Translations under genes and position numbers: made by a program
Part shown: in pieces, positions 28,041 through 37,725 of the stretch
Layout: the number at the start of each line of letters is the position of its first letter
Numbering within the stretch: position 1 is the stretch's first letter
Assembly: GCA_963669175.1 (NCBI GenBank)
Contig: OY769902.1
Location: 3,680,001-3,744,000 of the forward strand
Direction of reading: 5' to 3'
Length of the DNA stretch: 64,000 nucleotides
DNA from: a bacterium
GTDB taxonomy: Bacteria; Electryoneota; Electryoneia; Electryoneales; Electryoneaceae
The notes under the pieces: model-generated
Databases searched by the model: none
Told to the model about the DNA's origin: nothing
The model's input: the letters and a program-made list of their open reading frames with translations, nothing else

Positions 28041-28276
28041 GGGGACTGCTACACTTTTACGCTTGCGAATATGCCAAAAGTTTAAACTATGTTTGATTTA
28101 GACGCAAAACTTTGATTTTTGTAAAAATATATTGCGTAAAAGGTAGCTGTCCCAGCATTTCCCTGACCGAACATACCCTTTGCAGGCGAAAAATCTGGTA
28201 CAGTTACCTTTTCATCAACATTGAATGCAACAACTTGTATCTGTGCCCGTGAAAAGGTAACAGTCCCATTTTTCGC
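28041..28276. repeat. Twin-hairpin dispersed repeat, copy 2 (inverted relative to copy 1)
   Basis: Arms GGGGACTGCTACACTTTTACGC / GCGTAAAAGGTAGCTGTCCC and GCGAAAAATCTGGTACAGTTACCTTTTC / GAAAAGGTAACAGTCCCATTTTTCGC. Confidence 0.85.
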
Positions 28277-28817
28277 CAATAATTATCCCCATCATCATCC
28301 TGGAAACGCTGGTGTTTAGCGTTGTCCGGGATATACTCCTCAGGACCAACCCGCCAATGTTGACTCAATGAAATCTGTCACTATTGCGCGTTATTTCTTA
28401 ATGGTGTCATTGCTGGTGCGTGCAGCTCAAGCCAGATCCAGCTATGATTGATGGGTGGATTCTATCTGTCTCGTCCTAAACCTTACCTCATCTCACAGTA
28501 CAACAGGAAAGCCTTTTACATCAACCAACCGGAGTGTTCGTCAGCAATTCGGGCCATGCCTTTCTACGAATTCCACCCCGGTTATCCTTTCATGTTTCCT
28601 CTCCGACTTCCTTCGTACACGTAGTAAATGTTCAATAGTGGACACTCTTCTTGCCTGTTCGCCTGTTTTATAGTATTTTAACGATGAGCCGGAGTACCGA
28701 AGGAGTAGACTGATGTCTGGTCTGGGTACCGGCTTTTTGTGTATCCGATACCTGCCGTATCTCCTTTAGACCTGCATCTATTCCAACTCCATGTTATATC
28801 TGCGTGAAGGAGGGAAC

Positions 28818-29489
28818 ATGCGTCTTGTGCAATCCGGACGGCGGCAGTGGCTTGTATTACCACTGATCCTGTTGTCCCTGTTGATCGCGACATCTGCCCA
28901 GGCGATCAACGTGCTGGTGATTTTACCCGCCAATTATGGCACCAACCTTTTCCTGAACTGGAATTACATGCAGGAACTCGGTTGGGATGTCACCCTGACC
29001 GGAACAGCAGACCCGGTCCCCCCCTGCACCTGGGCACGGGATCGTGTCATCGCAAGAACCTGTTCACTTGATGTGCTGATTGACGACATCGAGGATGTTA
29101 CTCAATACGACGCTATCATCGTATCCTTCGGTTCGAACCTGGCGGCAAATCCTTGCGGTGACCTTATCAACAGTGATGCAACGCTGAATCTGCTCTACGC
29201 GGCTGACCAGGCGGGAATCGTAATAGCCGGAATGTGCGGTGCGGTGCGTGTACTGGCAGCCGCTGATGTGATCGATGGCCATCATATCACCGGAAAAGAA
29301 TACTACCAAGATGAGTACGTCGCTGCCGGGGCGATCTATGACGGCCCGGAACTGGCGCCGATCATTGACGGAAACATCGTTACCTGCACTCGTGGCATGT
29401 ACTACTACATGCAGAATATTGACGCTGTGCAGGATGCGATTTACAGAAACCTTCCCATTGACCGGCAAACACAGGGAGGTCAACGATGA
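28818..29489 (+). CDS. Exported DJ-1/PfpI family protein
   Basis: Signal peptide, 'YDAIIV', 'IAGMCGAVRVLAAA' nucleophile elbow, 'IDGNIVT'. GAAGGAGG RBS. Confidence 0.85.
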   Translation: MRLVQSGRRQWLVLPLILLSLLIATSAQAINVLVILPANYGTNLFLNWNYMQELGWDVTLTGTADPVPPCTWARDRVIARTCSLDVLIDDIEDVTQYDAIIVSFGSNLAANPCGDLINSDATLNLLYAADQAGIVIAGMCGAVRVLAAADVIDGHHITGKEYYQDEYVAAGAIYDGPELAPIIDGNIVTCTRGMYYYMQNIDAVQDAIYRNLPIDRQTQGGQR

Positions 29490-30949
29490 AAAAGACATTC
29501 CTGAGCTTGCTGTCACTTTTACTCATTGCAGTGGCTGGCTTTGCGCAGTCCGAAATCCTGTGGACCAACCTGTATGGCGGTGAGATGCATGATGAGGCAA
29601 ACGACCTCATCGTTACTCCTGACGGTGGTTATGCCATGATCGGTTTCTCCCAGGCAAATATCTTCCACTATCAGCTCGCGATTTACAAAACCGATTCGGA
29701 CGGCCAGGTAGAATGGAGCTATCTATATGGCGATATGTTCCGCAACCAGGGCAACTCCATCTGCAACGCTCACAACGGTGGCTTCGCCTTCACCGGGTAT
29801 TGCGAAGGGGAAACAATTGGTGATCGTGATTTGCTGTTTGGCACGGTAGACTCTGACGGCCTCAATCCGAACATCGTTACGTTCGGCAATGAATACACCA
29901 ATGTCGGTTACGGCATCTGCCCCACTGCTGACGGTAACTACCTGGTAACCGGTTGCACGGTGACCAACTGGGATTCATTACAGATTGATGTCTGGCTGCT
30001 GAAACTCTCTCCGGCAGGCGAAATCATTTGGGAACAGACCTATGGTGACGAACTGTGCGAATTCGGGATGACTGTCACTGAATTATCGGATGGTTCCATT
30101 GCGATTGGCGGTAACTACGGTACTGCGGGCACCCAGAACCAGAATGCCTGGCTGATCCGTACAGACAGCGATGGTACAATAACCGACAGTGATCAGTTCG
30201 GAACCAACGGCTATGACTGGCTGCACAACATGTATCCCCTTGATGACGGCGGCTTTATCATGGCCTGTGAAGCGGATATTCACGGCATCAATTTCATGAA
30301 TTCCTTCCTGGTTCGCTCTGATTCAAGCGGTATGCAATTGTGGAGCAGCAATCGTGGCGTCAACGCGTTTTACCAGTACGGTTACGATGTTTGTGTAACT
30401 CCCGATAGCGGCTATTTCGTGGTCGGCGGATCTCGCCTGTTTTCCACTTTCTGCAACGATATATACATCATGAAATATTCTTCACGGGGTTCCATGGAAT
30501 GGTCCCAGGTGATCGGCGGTGAGAACACTGAAGAATGGGCAACTGCGGTTTGCAGGCTGGAAGATGGAGGCGTGGTAATCGCAGGATACTCAAACGACGG
30601 CAGCAATGGCGGCCTGGACATGATGCTGATGCGGCTCAGTTCAGAAGGGATGATTGTCAAGGAAAACGACGATTCTTTTAGACCTGCGGGATTCGGTCTG
30701 ATGCAGAACTATCCGAATCCCTTCAATCCTTCCACCACGCTACGGTTCAGGCTGGAATCGCCAACGGAGATCACGCTCTCCGTATTTGACATCCAGGGAC
30801 GGCTGGTGCAGACCTATGCGCTGGGGACCATGCCCGCCGGACAGCATGGGATTCCGTTTGATGGCTGCACCCTTTCCAGCGGTACCTATTTCTGCAGAAT
30901 GGAAACACCGGAGATGGTACAGACGAAGAGGATGCTTCTTCTGAAATAA
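29486..30949 (+). CDS. Secreted beta-propeller repeat protein with T9SS-type C-terminal domain
   Basis: Repeats of W...YGG / T.DGGY...G / L.K.D..G...W; 'QNYPNPFNPST'. Confidence 0.85.
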   Translation: MKKTFLSLLSLLLIAVAGFAQSEILWTNLYGGEMHDEANDLIVTPDGGYAMIGFSQANIFHYQLAIYKTDSDGQVEWSYLYGDMFRNQGNSICNAHNGGFAFTGYCEGETIGDRDLLFGTVDSDGLNPNIVTFGNEYTNVGYGICPTADGNYLVTGCTVTNWDSLQIDVWLLKLSPAGEIIWEQTYGDELCEFGMTVTELSDGSIAIGGNYGTAGTQNQNAWLIRTDSDGTITDSDQFGTNGYDWLHNMYPLDDGGFIMACEADIHGINFMNSFLVRSDSSGMQLWSSNRGVNAFYQYGYDVCVTPDSGYFVVGGSRLFSTFCNDIYIMKYSSRGSMEWSQVIGGENTEEWATAVCRLEDGGVVIAGYSNDGSNGGLDMMLMRLSSEGMIVKENDDSFRPAGFGLMQNYPNPFNPSTTLRFRLESPTEITLSVFDIQGRLVQTYALGTMPAGQHGIPFDGCTLSSGTYFCRMETPEMVQTKRMLLLK

Positions 30950-30967
30950 GTTGGAAGCGGTTTGAAC

Positions 30968-31012
30968 AATCCCGTAGTGGTTTCCTCCATGGAAATTGCA
31001 ACGGGATTTTTT
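30968..31012 (+). terminator. Intrinsic terminator
   Basis: AATCCCGT...ACGGGATT followed by a T-tract, just after the stop. Confidence 0.7.
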
Positions 31013-31131
31013 ATTGTGATTCCCTGACGAATATTTCATTCCCGACTTTACTTGTGCGCCGAGGCATATCGGGGATCTCGTTCCGATATTGTAAATACTA
31101 ATTCACAGCGACAATCATGTGCCTCCAGCGC

Positions 31132-31764
31132 TCATTCACAAGAACAACCTTTTCCTTCAAGCCTGCCAATCACATGATACCCGGCAGATGAGTCTTGTAT
31201 CACCGACACTTTATACCCTTGATTTTCCATCATCTCGCCGAGTTCAGCCGCCGGTGGCAGGATATCCGTAACAACTGACGGATCCACCCGTGAATGAATC
31301 TCGTTCACTTCTTCCCTGCTCAACAGATGCCATACATGCAGCACCCCGCCCGTTTTCAATACCCGGGCGAACTCTGCGAAACCGTCTTCCATCGGATCAA
31401 TATGCGGCATGGTGGAAAAGACCAGCACGACATCAAATGAGTCAGCTTCGTAGGGCAATTCTCGAGCATCAGCAACGTGAAACGATACTCGTTCATCTTG
31501 CAGATTCTGCCGTGCCTGTTCAACCATACCCGGCGAGAAGTCAATCGCCTCAACCATTGCGGTTGGTTCCAGTATTGGCATCAGTGCACGTGTCAACACG
31601 CCTGTCCCACACCCGATATCCAGGAAGCTTCCAGACAGCGGCAGCTCCCACTCCGTCAGTTGATCACGCAACCGGAGAATCATTTTCCCCGTATCCAGAC
31701 GCGCGTCCCACCCTTCCGCGATTCTGTTGAAATACGCGATACGTCCACGATCCAGCTCGTTCAT
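31132..31764 (-). CDS. Class I SAM-dependent methyltransferase
   Basis: 'LDIGCGTG', 'IDFSPGM', 'ADARELPY..DSFDVV', 'RVLKTGG'. Confidence 0.92.
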   Translation of the reverse strand: MNELDRGRIAYFNRIAEGWDARLDTGKMILRLRDQLTEWELPLSGSFLDIGCGTGVLTRALMPILEPTAMVEAIDFSPGMVEQARQNLQDERVSFHVADARELPYEADSFDVVLVFSTMPHIDPMEDGFAEFARVLKTGGVLHVWHLLSREEVNEIHSRVDPSVVTDILPPAAELGEMMENQGYKVSVIQDSSAGYHVIGRLEGKGCSCE

Positions 31765-31857
31765 CCTTATCGCCTTAACTCTGTACTCTTACCAACACAA
31801 AATGTATCATCCCGAATATAGAAGAACCTCTGCCATGAATTGTATCTCGGAGGGCAC

Positions 31858-31885
31858 AAAAAAAAGCCAGCCCAAACGGACCGGC
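31858..31885 (-). terminator. Intrinsic terminator
   Basis: Minus strand GCCGGTCC-GTTT-GGGCTGGC followed by a T-tract. Confidence 0.7.
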
Positions 31886-31910
31886 GGAATTCTTCTCTTT
31901 GCAGCAATGA

Positions 31911-32291
31911 TCAGTCGCCGAAGGACATGGCCTGCTTTTCATCGTTCAGCTTGATCGCGGTGCCATAGACCTTGGTCTCAATCTTGACATACAGACCGAA
32001 GACATACTGTGTCATCACGACATCGCTGTAGGTATTGATAATGGCGTTGGCGCCGGCACGCTTGGTCAGCGCATCCTTGTACGCAGTCTGGTAGCCGCCA
32101 TCGGGGGTCATGACAATCATGCCACCGAACAGGCCGTCAGCATAGGAATAGCCTTCCACCGGTCCCAATACTTCAAACTCGCCGCCTTCATACTCGGTTG
32201 CAGACAAGGAACCGTACGGCATGGTCGCCGTACAACCAATCATCAACACCAGCGCCAGCAATGCCAGCGGCAGTAACAGCTTCTTGACCAT
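31911..32291 (-). CDS. Small lipoprotein of unknown function
   Basis: Lipobox 'LMIGC', 'VLGPVEG', 'AYKDAL...GANAIIN', 'KVYGTAIK'. Confidence 0.75.
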   Translation of the reverse strand: MVKKLLLPLALLALVLMIGCTATMPYGSLSATEYEGGEFEVLGPVEGYSYADGLFGGMIVMTPDGGYQTAYKDALTKRAGANAIINTYSDVVMTQYVFGLYVKIETKVYGTAIKLNDEKQAMSFGD

Positions 32292-32562
32292 TCTTTTCTC
32301 CCTCTTTGTGTGTTAATCCCCAGAACACTTTGTGGGTGCTTCACCTGCATCAAACTATTGAATGTACGGTTTCGGACAATTCACAACAATTAGGCAACCC
32401 AAAATTCCTGAACTCTCGCGGAACTCTTACTCATCGCATTTGCCACCGATACACGAAGGTTGTACTTTCATTTCAACAAAACAATCACCGCTTGCAGTCG
32501 TCTCCATGGCTGCATAAGCACAATACGGTTACCCTGACCGCATTCCAGAGGGAGTACACATC

Positions 32563-34599
32563 ATGCGCAACCTGTCCCTGATCACCTTGTTTGTCCTGGT
32601 TCTGACCGTTGCCGCTTTCGGGCAGACTGTCGAACGCACCCACGATATTGTACCGGAAGATTACTTCACCCAGGTGTTCCTGTCTGATGTGGACGTCTCC
32701 CCTGATGGCAAACTGACGGCGTTTGTTGACTATCGCTGGGATGAAGAATATGATCGACGGTCGCGCGACCTCTGGGTTGTCGACAACACCACGAAAGAAA
32801 CGTTGCGCCTGACCTTTGATCCTCGCAACGAAGTTAACCCGCAGTGGACTCCCGACAGCAAGCAGCTCTATTTCGTTGGCCATTACAAGTTGGCAAACGC
32901 TACCGAGCCGCCCTATGACGGTTCAGCCCAGGTCTGGCGCATCAATGCTGATGGTACCGAACTGACACCGATTACCCGCATCCCGGATGGTATCTACGAT
33001 TTCCAGCTTTCCGCCGATGGCAAGACCATCTATTACACACGCACCAAAGAGCATCTTATTGACGAGTGGAAATCGCTGCGTTCCCAGTACAAGAACAGCC
33101 TCGTTTTCGGACATGGCATCTATGAAGTCTCGGAACTGTGGAAACTGAGCCTCGTGGATTGGCGTAGTGATTTGCTGCTGGACCCGACGCTTCATATTCA
33201 TGAGTTTGCCGTATCTCCCGATGAATCCCAGATCGTCATGATCACCACGGTTGACGGCGAGTCTGTCACCGGTGAAGGCTGGTCGAACGTCCGTATGCTG
33301 ACTACAAAAACCGGTGAATTCACCCTGCTGCCAGACAAGATATTCCGTGAAGACGCCCACTGCCCCCACGGCTGGCTGGGTGGACTGACCTGGACCGACG
33401 ACGGGGCGCGCTTTGCGTTTACCGTAGACTTTGACGGTTACCCCTCAGAGATCCTGGTCGCGGATGTTTCCGGCGGCGCAAAAAATGTGAAGATGAAACA
33501 GTTGATTCGTCCCGATGAAGCGAGCTGTTCCGGTGGCCTGAGCTGGCAGCCCGGTACGCATAACCTCGGCTTCAAGGCAGACCTGCGCGCGCGGCAACGT
33601 GTCTGCGTGATCAACACCGATGACGGCAGCAGTAAAACCCTTACCCCAGGCGATGTTGTCATTGACGGCTATTCTTTCATCGGTAACAAAGGCGCGCTGC
33701 TAGCGATTCAAAGCACCACCACCTATTACCAGGACCTGATCTATTGGGATCGTAAAGGCAAGCAGGAACGTCTGACTCACCTGAACCCGCAGGTCGATAC
33801 CTGGAAACTGCCGCAGATTTCCATCTTCAGTTGGATCGGCGCGGATGGCGACACGGTGCAGGGAAAACTGGAACTGCCGCCGGACTATGACGGTGAAGGC
33901 AACCTGCCGTTGCTGGTCAGCCTGCACGGCGGCCCGACCGACGCAGACCGTTACAGCTTCCTGCTCTGGATGTATGGCCACGCTGCCTATGCCGCCAAGG
34001 GCTACGCCATGCTCGCCCCGAACTACCGTGGCTCAACCGGTTACGGTGATGACTTCCTGACTGACCTGATCGGCCACGAAAACAACTGGGATGTTATCGA
34101 TATCATGACCGGAGTGGACGCCCTGATCGAACAGGGGATTGTCGATCCGGAACGTATGGGTGTGACCGGCTGGAGTAACGGCGGCTTCCTGACCAACTGC
34201 CTGATCGCCAGCAACCGTTTCAAGGCGGCCTCCTCCGGCGCGGGCGTACTGGATATGGCAGTCCAGGTGCTGGAAGAAGACACCCCGGGCCACGTGATTA
34301 ACTACATGGAAGGCCTGCCCTGGGAAAAACCGGAAGAATACCAGGCCGCCAGCCCGTTGTACGGCTTCCATGACGGCATCACAACCAATGTCCTGATCCA
34401 TTGCGGCGAGAACGATCCGCGTGTACCTGTCACCCACGCCAAGGGCCTGCACCGTATGCTGACTCGCTACCTGGGCGTCAACTGCGAACTGGTCATCTAC
34501 CCCGGCGCCGGACACAACCTGACCAAGTACAGCCAACGACTTGCGAAAGTACGGTGGGACCATGCGTGGTTTGATAAGTATGTGCTGGGAGAGGAGTAA
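32563..34599 (+). CDS. S9 family (prolyl oligopeptidase / acylaminoacyl) peptidase
   Basis: Signal peptide, TolB-like propeller, 'LHGGP', 'NYRGSTGYG', 'GWSNGG' (Ser), 'DPRVP' (Asp), 'YPGAGH' (His). Confidence 0.95.
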   Translation: MRNLSLITLFVLVLTVAAFGQTVERTHDIVPEDYFTQVFLSDVDVSPDGKLTAFVDYRWDEEYDRRSRDLWVVDNTTKETLRLTFDPRNEVNPQWTPDSKQLYFVGHYKLANATEPPYDGSAQVWRINADGTELTPITRIPDGIYDFQLSADGKTIYYTRTKEHLIDEWKSLRSQYKNSLVFGHGIYEVSELWKLSLVDWRSDLLLDPTLHIHEFAVSPDESQIVMITTVDGESVTGEGWSNVRMLTTKTGEFTLLPDKIFREDAHCPHGWLGGLTWTDDGARFAFTVDFDGYPSEILVADVSGGAKNVKMKQLIRPDEASCSGGLSWQPGTHNLGFKADLRARQRVCVINTDDGSSKTLTPGDVVIDGYSFIGNKGALLAIQSTTTYYQDLIYWDRKGKQERLTHLNPQVDTWKLPQISIFSWIGADGDTVQGKLELPPDYDGEGNLPLLVSLHGGPTDADRYSFLLWMYGHAAYAAKGYAMLAPNYRGSTGYGDDFLTDLIGHENNWDVIDIMTGVDALIEQGIVDPERMGVTGWSNGGFLTNCLIASNRFKAASSGAGVLDMAVQVLEEDTPGHVINYMEGLPWEKPEEYQAASPLYGFHDGITTNVLIHCGENDPRVPVTHAKGLHRMLTRYLGVNCELVIYPGAGHNLTKYSQRLAKVRWDHAWFDKYVLGEE

Positions 34600-34601
34600 T
34601 T

Positions 34602-34663
34602 AATTAGGAATTAGGAATTAGGAATTAGGAATTAGGTATTAGGTATTAGGTATTAGGAATTGG
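34602..34663. repeat. Heptamer tandem repeat (WATTAGG)x8
   Basis: AATTAGG x5, then TATTAGG x3, then a degenerate unit, directly after the S9 peptidase stop. Confidence 0.95.
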
Positions 34664-34802
34664 AATCAGTGCGCAAGATTGAGGTTTTGCATTCTTGATC
34701 CTTCGTAGTATCTGAAGGAAAACCAACATGCACAACCTGTTGTCCTGATGACAGTGGGTTGTGCATTTGTATTTACAGTGCTACTCGGGGAATCCCCACA
34801 TG

Positions 34803-35180
34803 CTACGCAACCTTCAGATCTTTCTTCGTAATCAGCAGTTCGACCGGAATCAGGAACGCTTCATGCAGGCGTTGAATCATGCTAAGTGAAAGCTGACGTT
34901 TCCCATTCAGAACCTCCGATACCTTCGAAGCAGATCCGAGATATGGCGCCAGATCTTTCTGTTGCAGGTCATGTTGCTCCATGATGAAGTGCAGGAGATC
35001 AATGGGGGTGACATCATCGTGTGGAAAGGCTTCACGTTCATACTGATCAATCAATAGCGCGAGAAGCTCCAGATCATCGTACTCCTTGGTTCCCTCTTCA
35101 GGGTTCAAGTCCATCAAGCGATCAAGTTCAGCGATCGCTTCATCGTGGTCCTGTTCAGTTTTTAACACTCGAATGCGCAT
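34803..35180 (-). CDS. HigA-like antitoxin / XRE-family HTH regulator
   Basis: 'LKTEQDHDEAI', 'LELLALLIDQYE', 'LGSASKVSEVLNGKRQLSLSMIQRL'. Confidence 0.88.
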   Translation of the reverse strand: MRIRVLKTEQDHDEAIAELDRLMDLNPEEGTKEYDDLELLALLIDQYEREAFPHDDVTPIDLLHFIMEQHDLQQKDLAPYLGSASKVSEVLNGKRQLSLSMIQRLHEAFLIPVELLITKKDLKVA

Positions 35181-35203
35181 CTTTCACCACAACAGTCAAT
35201 TCT

Positions 35204-36160
35204 TTACTCTTTACCATATGGTCCCAAGAATCTATCCCCATCAAAATGAATAAGATGCGAGGGTGCATCCGCCACCCACACTTCAGTTTCCCAGGCGATA
35301 TCGGCAAGATAGCGAGCCATTGTGGTTCGATTGGGAAAAGCCGTAACATAGACCAGCCCTGCCTCAACACCAGTAAAAAGTTGTTCCAATTCAACATGCC
35401 GTTTCGCATCAACAGGGCCATGACTGGTTACCGCTTCTATCAGAAACAACCAGTTACGCTCAGTATCATAGAGAATAACGTCCGGCATTTTACCATGTTC
35501 ATCAACGGTGACACCCAATTTCTTCAAAGCCGCATTTTCGAAAATCCCCAGCTTTGAACCGGTATCCCCCGCGTATAGCAATTGGCTACCAGATGCAAAA
35601 CGCGGCCCAAATACTTCGATAATGTTCTTTATCAATTCACTGTGTTCGCCAGGTGTTAAACGTACTATTTCCCCAAGTGGTGTTGTTACAGGAATCATCT
35701 CCTGCTCGCGAATTTTTGCATATTTTTCAGCCAGACTCGCCTGATTTTCCTTATACTCCACCAAACTTGCTAGCCATGCTTTTGTTTTATATTGCTTTAA
35801 AAGCTGAAGCACTTCTGGTGATATTTGGTAGACCGTATGTGGACTATTGACAGGACGTGCGGCCTCATCAGGATTTATCACTGCGATTCCAGCCTGTACA
35901 AACTGATGCATGGTCTGTCGTCGAATTGTCTCGCGGGTATTGGGAGCATATACTACTTTATAGTACTTCTTTATCCAATCCATTATTGGCGTTATCCCCA
36001 TTAGAGGATCCTCTAGCTCAGACCATTGCTTGTCACGTGTGAGATTCAAGAGAGCAAGCAGGCACAAAGCAGAACGATCATTCTGTTGTTCTTTTGGCAA
36101 ATCAAGATCTTTAAGAACGAGCAAAGCCTCATTGACAACCGTTTTAATCTGTCTCGGCAT
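35204..36160 (-). CDS. BsuBI/PstI-family type II restriction endonuclease
   Basis: 'YAPNTRETIRRQTMHQF', 'NSP.TVY', 'HGKMPDV', 'LIEAVTSHGP', 'IAWETEVW', 'HLIHFDG'. Confidence 0.92.
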   Translation of the reverse strand: MPRQIKTVVNEALLVLKDLDLPKEQQNDRSALCLLALLNLTRDKQWSELEDPLMGITPIMDWIKKYYKVVYAPNTRETIRRQTMHQFVQAGIAVINPDEAARPVNSPHTVYQISPEVLQLLKQYKTKAWLASLVEYKENQASLAEKYAKIREQEMIPVTTPLGEIVRLTPGEHSELIKNIIEVFGPRFASGSQLLYAGDTGSKLGIFENAALKKLGVTVDEHGKMPDVILYDTERNWLFLIEAVTSHGPVDAKRHVELEQLFTGVEAGLVYVTAFPNRTTMARYLADIAWETEVWVADAPSHLIHFDGDRFLGPYGKE

Positions 36161-37694
36161 TACATGTCTCCTCTACGTATTTATCAACTAATTCCTGAGT
36201 TGTGACTAATGAGCCCGGTACTTTTTTTCCCAATTTTTGTAGCTGGTCAAGGCTCGGGTATTTCATATTCCGCAAGTCAGTTGCATTGACTTGAGTGTGT
36301 CCATTGAAACTTCTGAAAGCCTGATCAAAATATGTAGAGTTTAGAAATAACATCAAGCCTTTTACAAGATTCAAATCCAATCCTCTTTTATTCCAATGAA
36401 ATACATTCAAATGGTTTTCAAAACCCAAATACTTGTAATCGGGGAAATTTTCAGGCTGTACTATACTTGCTACTACTCTCCGCTTCTCCTCTTTTGAAGA
36501 GAATCTTCTTACAACACAATAATTACCAGTAGGGAAAAGCCATTTCCGAGTTTCATCATTAAGCGCAATAGCATTAGCTTTTTTCAAATCCGGATTGGGC
36601 CATACAACTTTCTCTTTGAAGTGACCTGGATATAGTAGCGGAATCGCAGTAGCGTCCGGCATGGATTGCAGGTGTTTTTTCATGCGGAAATCCACTACCG
36701 GTCCAGTTGAAACCTGCACGCCAATATCCTGCAATGAATGATGGTACTTTTTTAATCTATTGGAATTCAGATTTTTGTCTATTGGAATATGGATGAATTT
36801 TTCTTCATCTTCAGAGCTGATAATATCTTCGTAATTGAATTGTCTAACATCCAAATCTGAAAAACGATCATCACTGGATGTAGATATTTTTACAGTCTCC
36901 TTGATATTACTTTTCTGAAGCATGATAACAATATTTTCCTGCAACACATCATCATCTTTAAATGCTTTTTTGCGCGAATTAAAAATATGTATATGTCTTA
37001 TCACTGAACATGAAATCAATTGATTCCTGAAAGGTTTATAATAGGGCCCATTACAAAAACTCCTGGGAACTATTGCAACCATATATCCAGATTCAGATAA
37101 TAATCCCAGCGCAAGCGCCATAAAAGCAGTATACAGGTTTACTGTTTCAATGCCAGCTCTACTCAATGCTTTTCTATATAATGAATTAGAACGTATCTTT
37201 TTGTATGGAGGGTTCATTATCACATGAGAATAAGTTTTATGATTTTCAGCAAATAAATCAGCTTCTAAAACACTTGAGGCATAATAAACAAAATCTTCTA
37301 ATATTATATTTGCTTCTATATTACTGTTAATATTAAACATATTATAGCTACTCTCTAGATAAGGGGTGAGTCGCTTATCCAGTTCGAAAGCATCCACGCT
37401 GATTTCATTCGATCCCTGGTTGACATCATGCCATTTTTCCAGAAAAGCCGCAGACAGCGAACCAATACCAGCCCCTGGATCGAGCAAACCAGTATTCATT
37501 TTCAATGATTCTTCAGGGAACAATCCGGCCATAAATCTCGCTATATGAACGGGTGTAAAATACTGCCCCAGACTCGATTTATGTTTCGCGTCGGTTGTCC
37601 TTGCAACTGCAATTCGTGAATGTTCTATCCCAGATAACAATGAGGTCTCCAGCTTGTGTTTTCCCAATATACGCTTTATCAGGCTGACAGCCAA
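36144..37694 (-). CDS. BsuBI/PstI-like N6-adenine DNA methyltransferase
   Basis: 'LGQYFTP', 'LDPGAGIG', 'IMNPPY', 'VSTGPVVDFR', 'FNGHTQVNATDL'. Overlaps the endonuclease gene. Exact start uncertain. Confidence 0.92.
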   Translation of the reverse strand: MAVSLIKRILGKHKLETSLLSGIEHSRIAVARTTDAKHKSSLGQYFTPVHIARFMAGLFPEESLKMNTGLLDPGAGIGSLSAAFLEKWHDVNQGSNEISVDAFELDKRLTPYLESSYNMFNINSNIEANIILEDFVYYASSVLEADLFAENHKTYSHVIMNPPYKKIRSNSLYRKALSRAGIETVNLYTAFMALALGLLSESGYMVAIVPRSFCNGPYYKPFRNQLISCSVIRHIHIFNSRKKAFKDDDVLQENIVIMLQKSNIKETVKISTSSDDRFSDLDVRQFNYEDIISSEDEEKFIHIPIDKNLNSNRLKKYHHSLQDIGVQVSTGPVVDFRMKKHLQSMPDATAIPLLYPGHFKEKVVWPNPDLKKANAIALNDETRKWLFPTGNYCVVRRFSSKEEKRRVVASIVQPENFPDYKYLGFENHLNVFHWNKRGLDLNLVKGLMLFLNSTYFDQAFRSFNGHTQVNATDLRNMKYPSLDQLQKLGKKVPGSLVTTQELVDKYVEETCNAETD

Positions 37695-37725
37695 ATAAAC
37701 AGTAGTTCTTTTATTTTCATATTAT

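Noticed and set aside
35155-35421. ORF upstream of the higA-like gene as a HigB toxin
   Set aside because: Lies almost wholly inside the endonuclease gene in another frame and has no RelE/HigB-like features.
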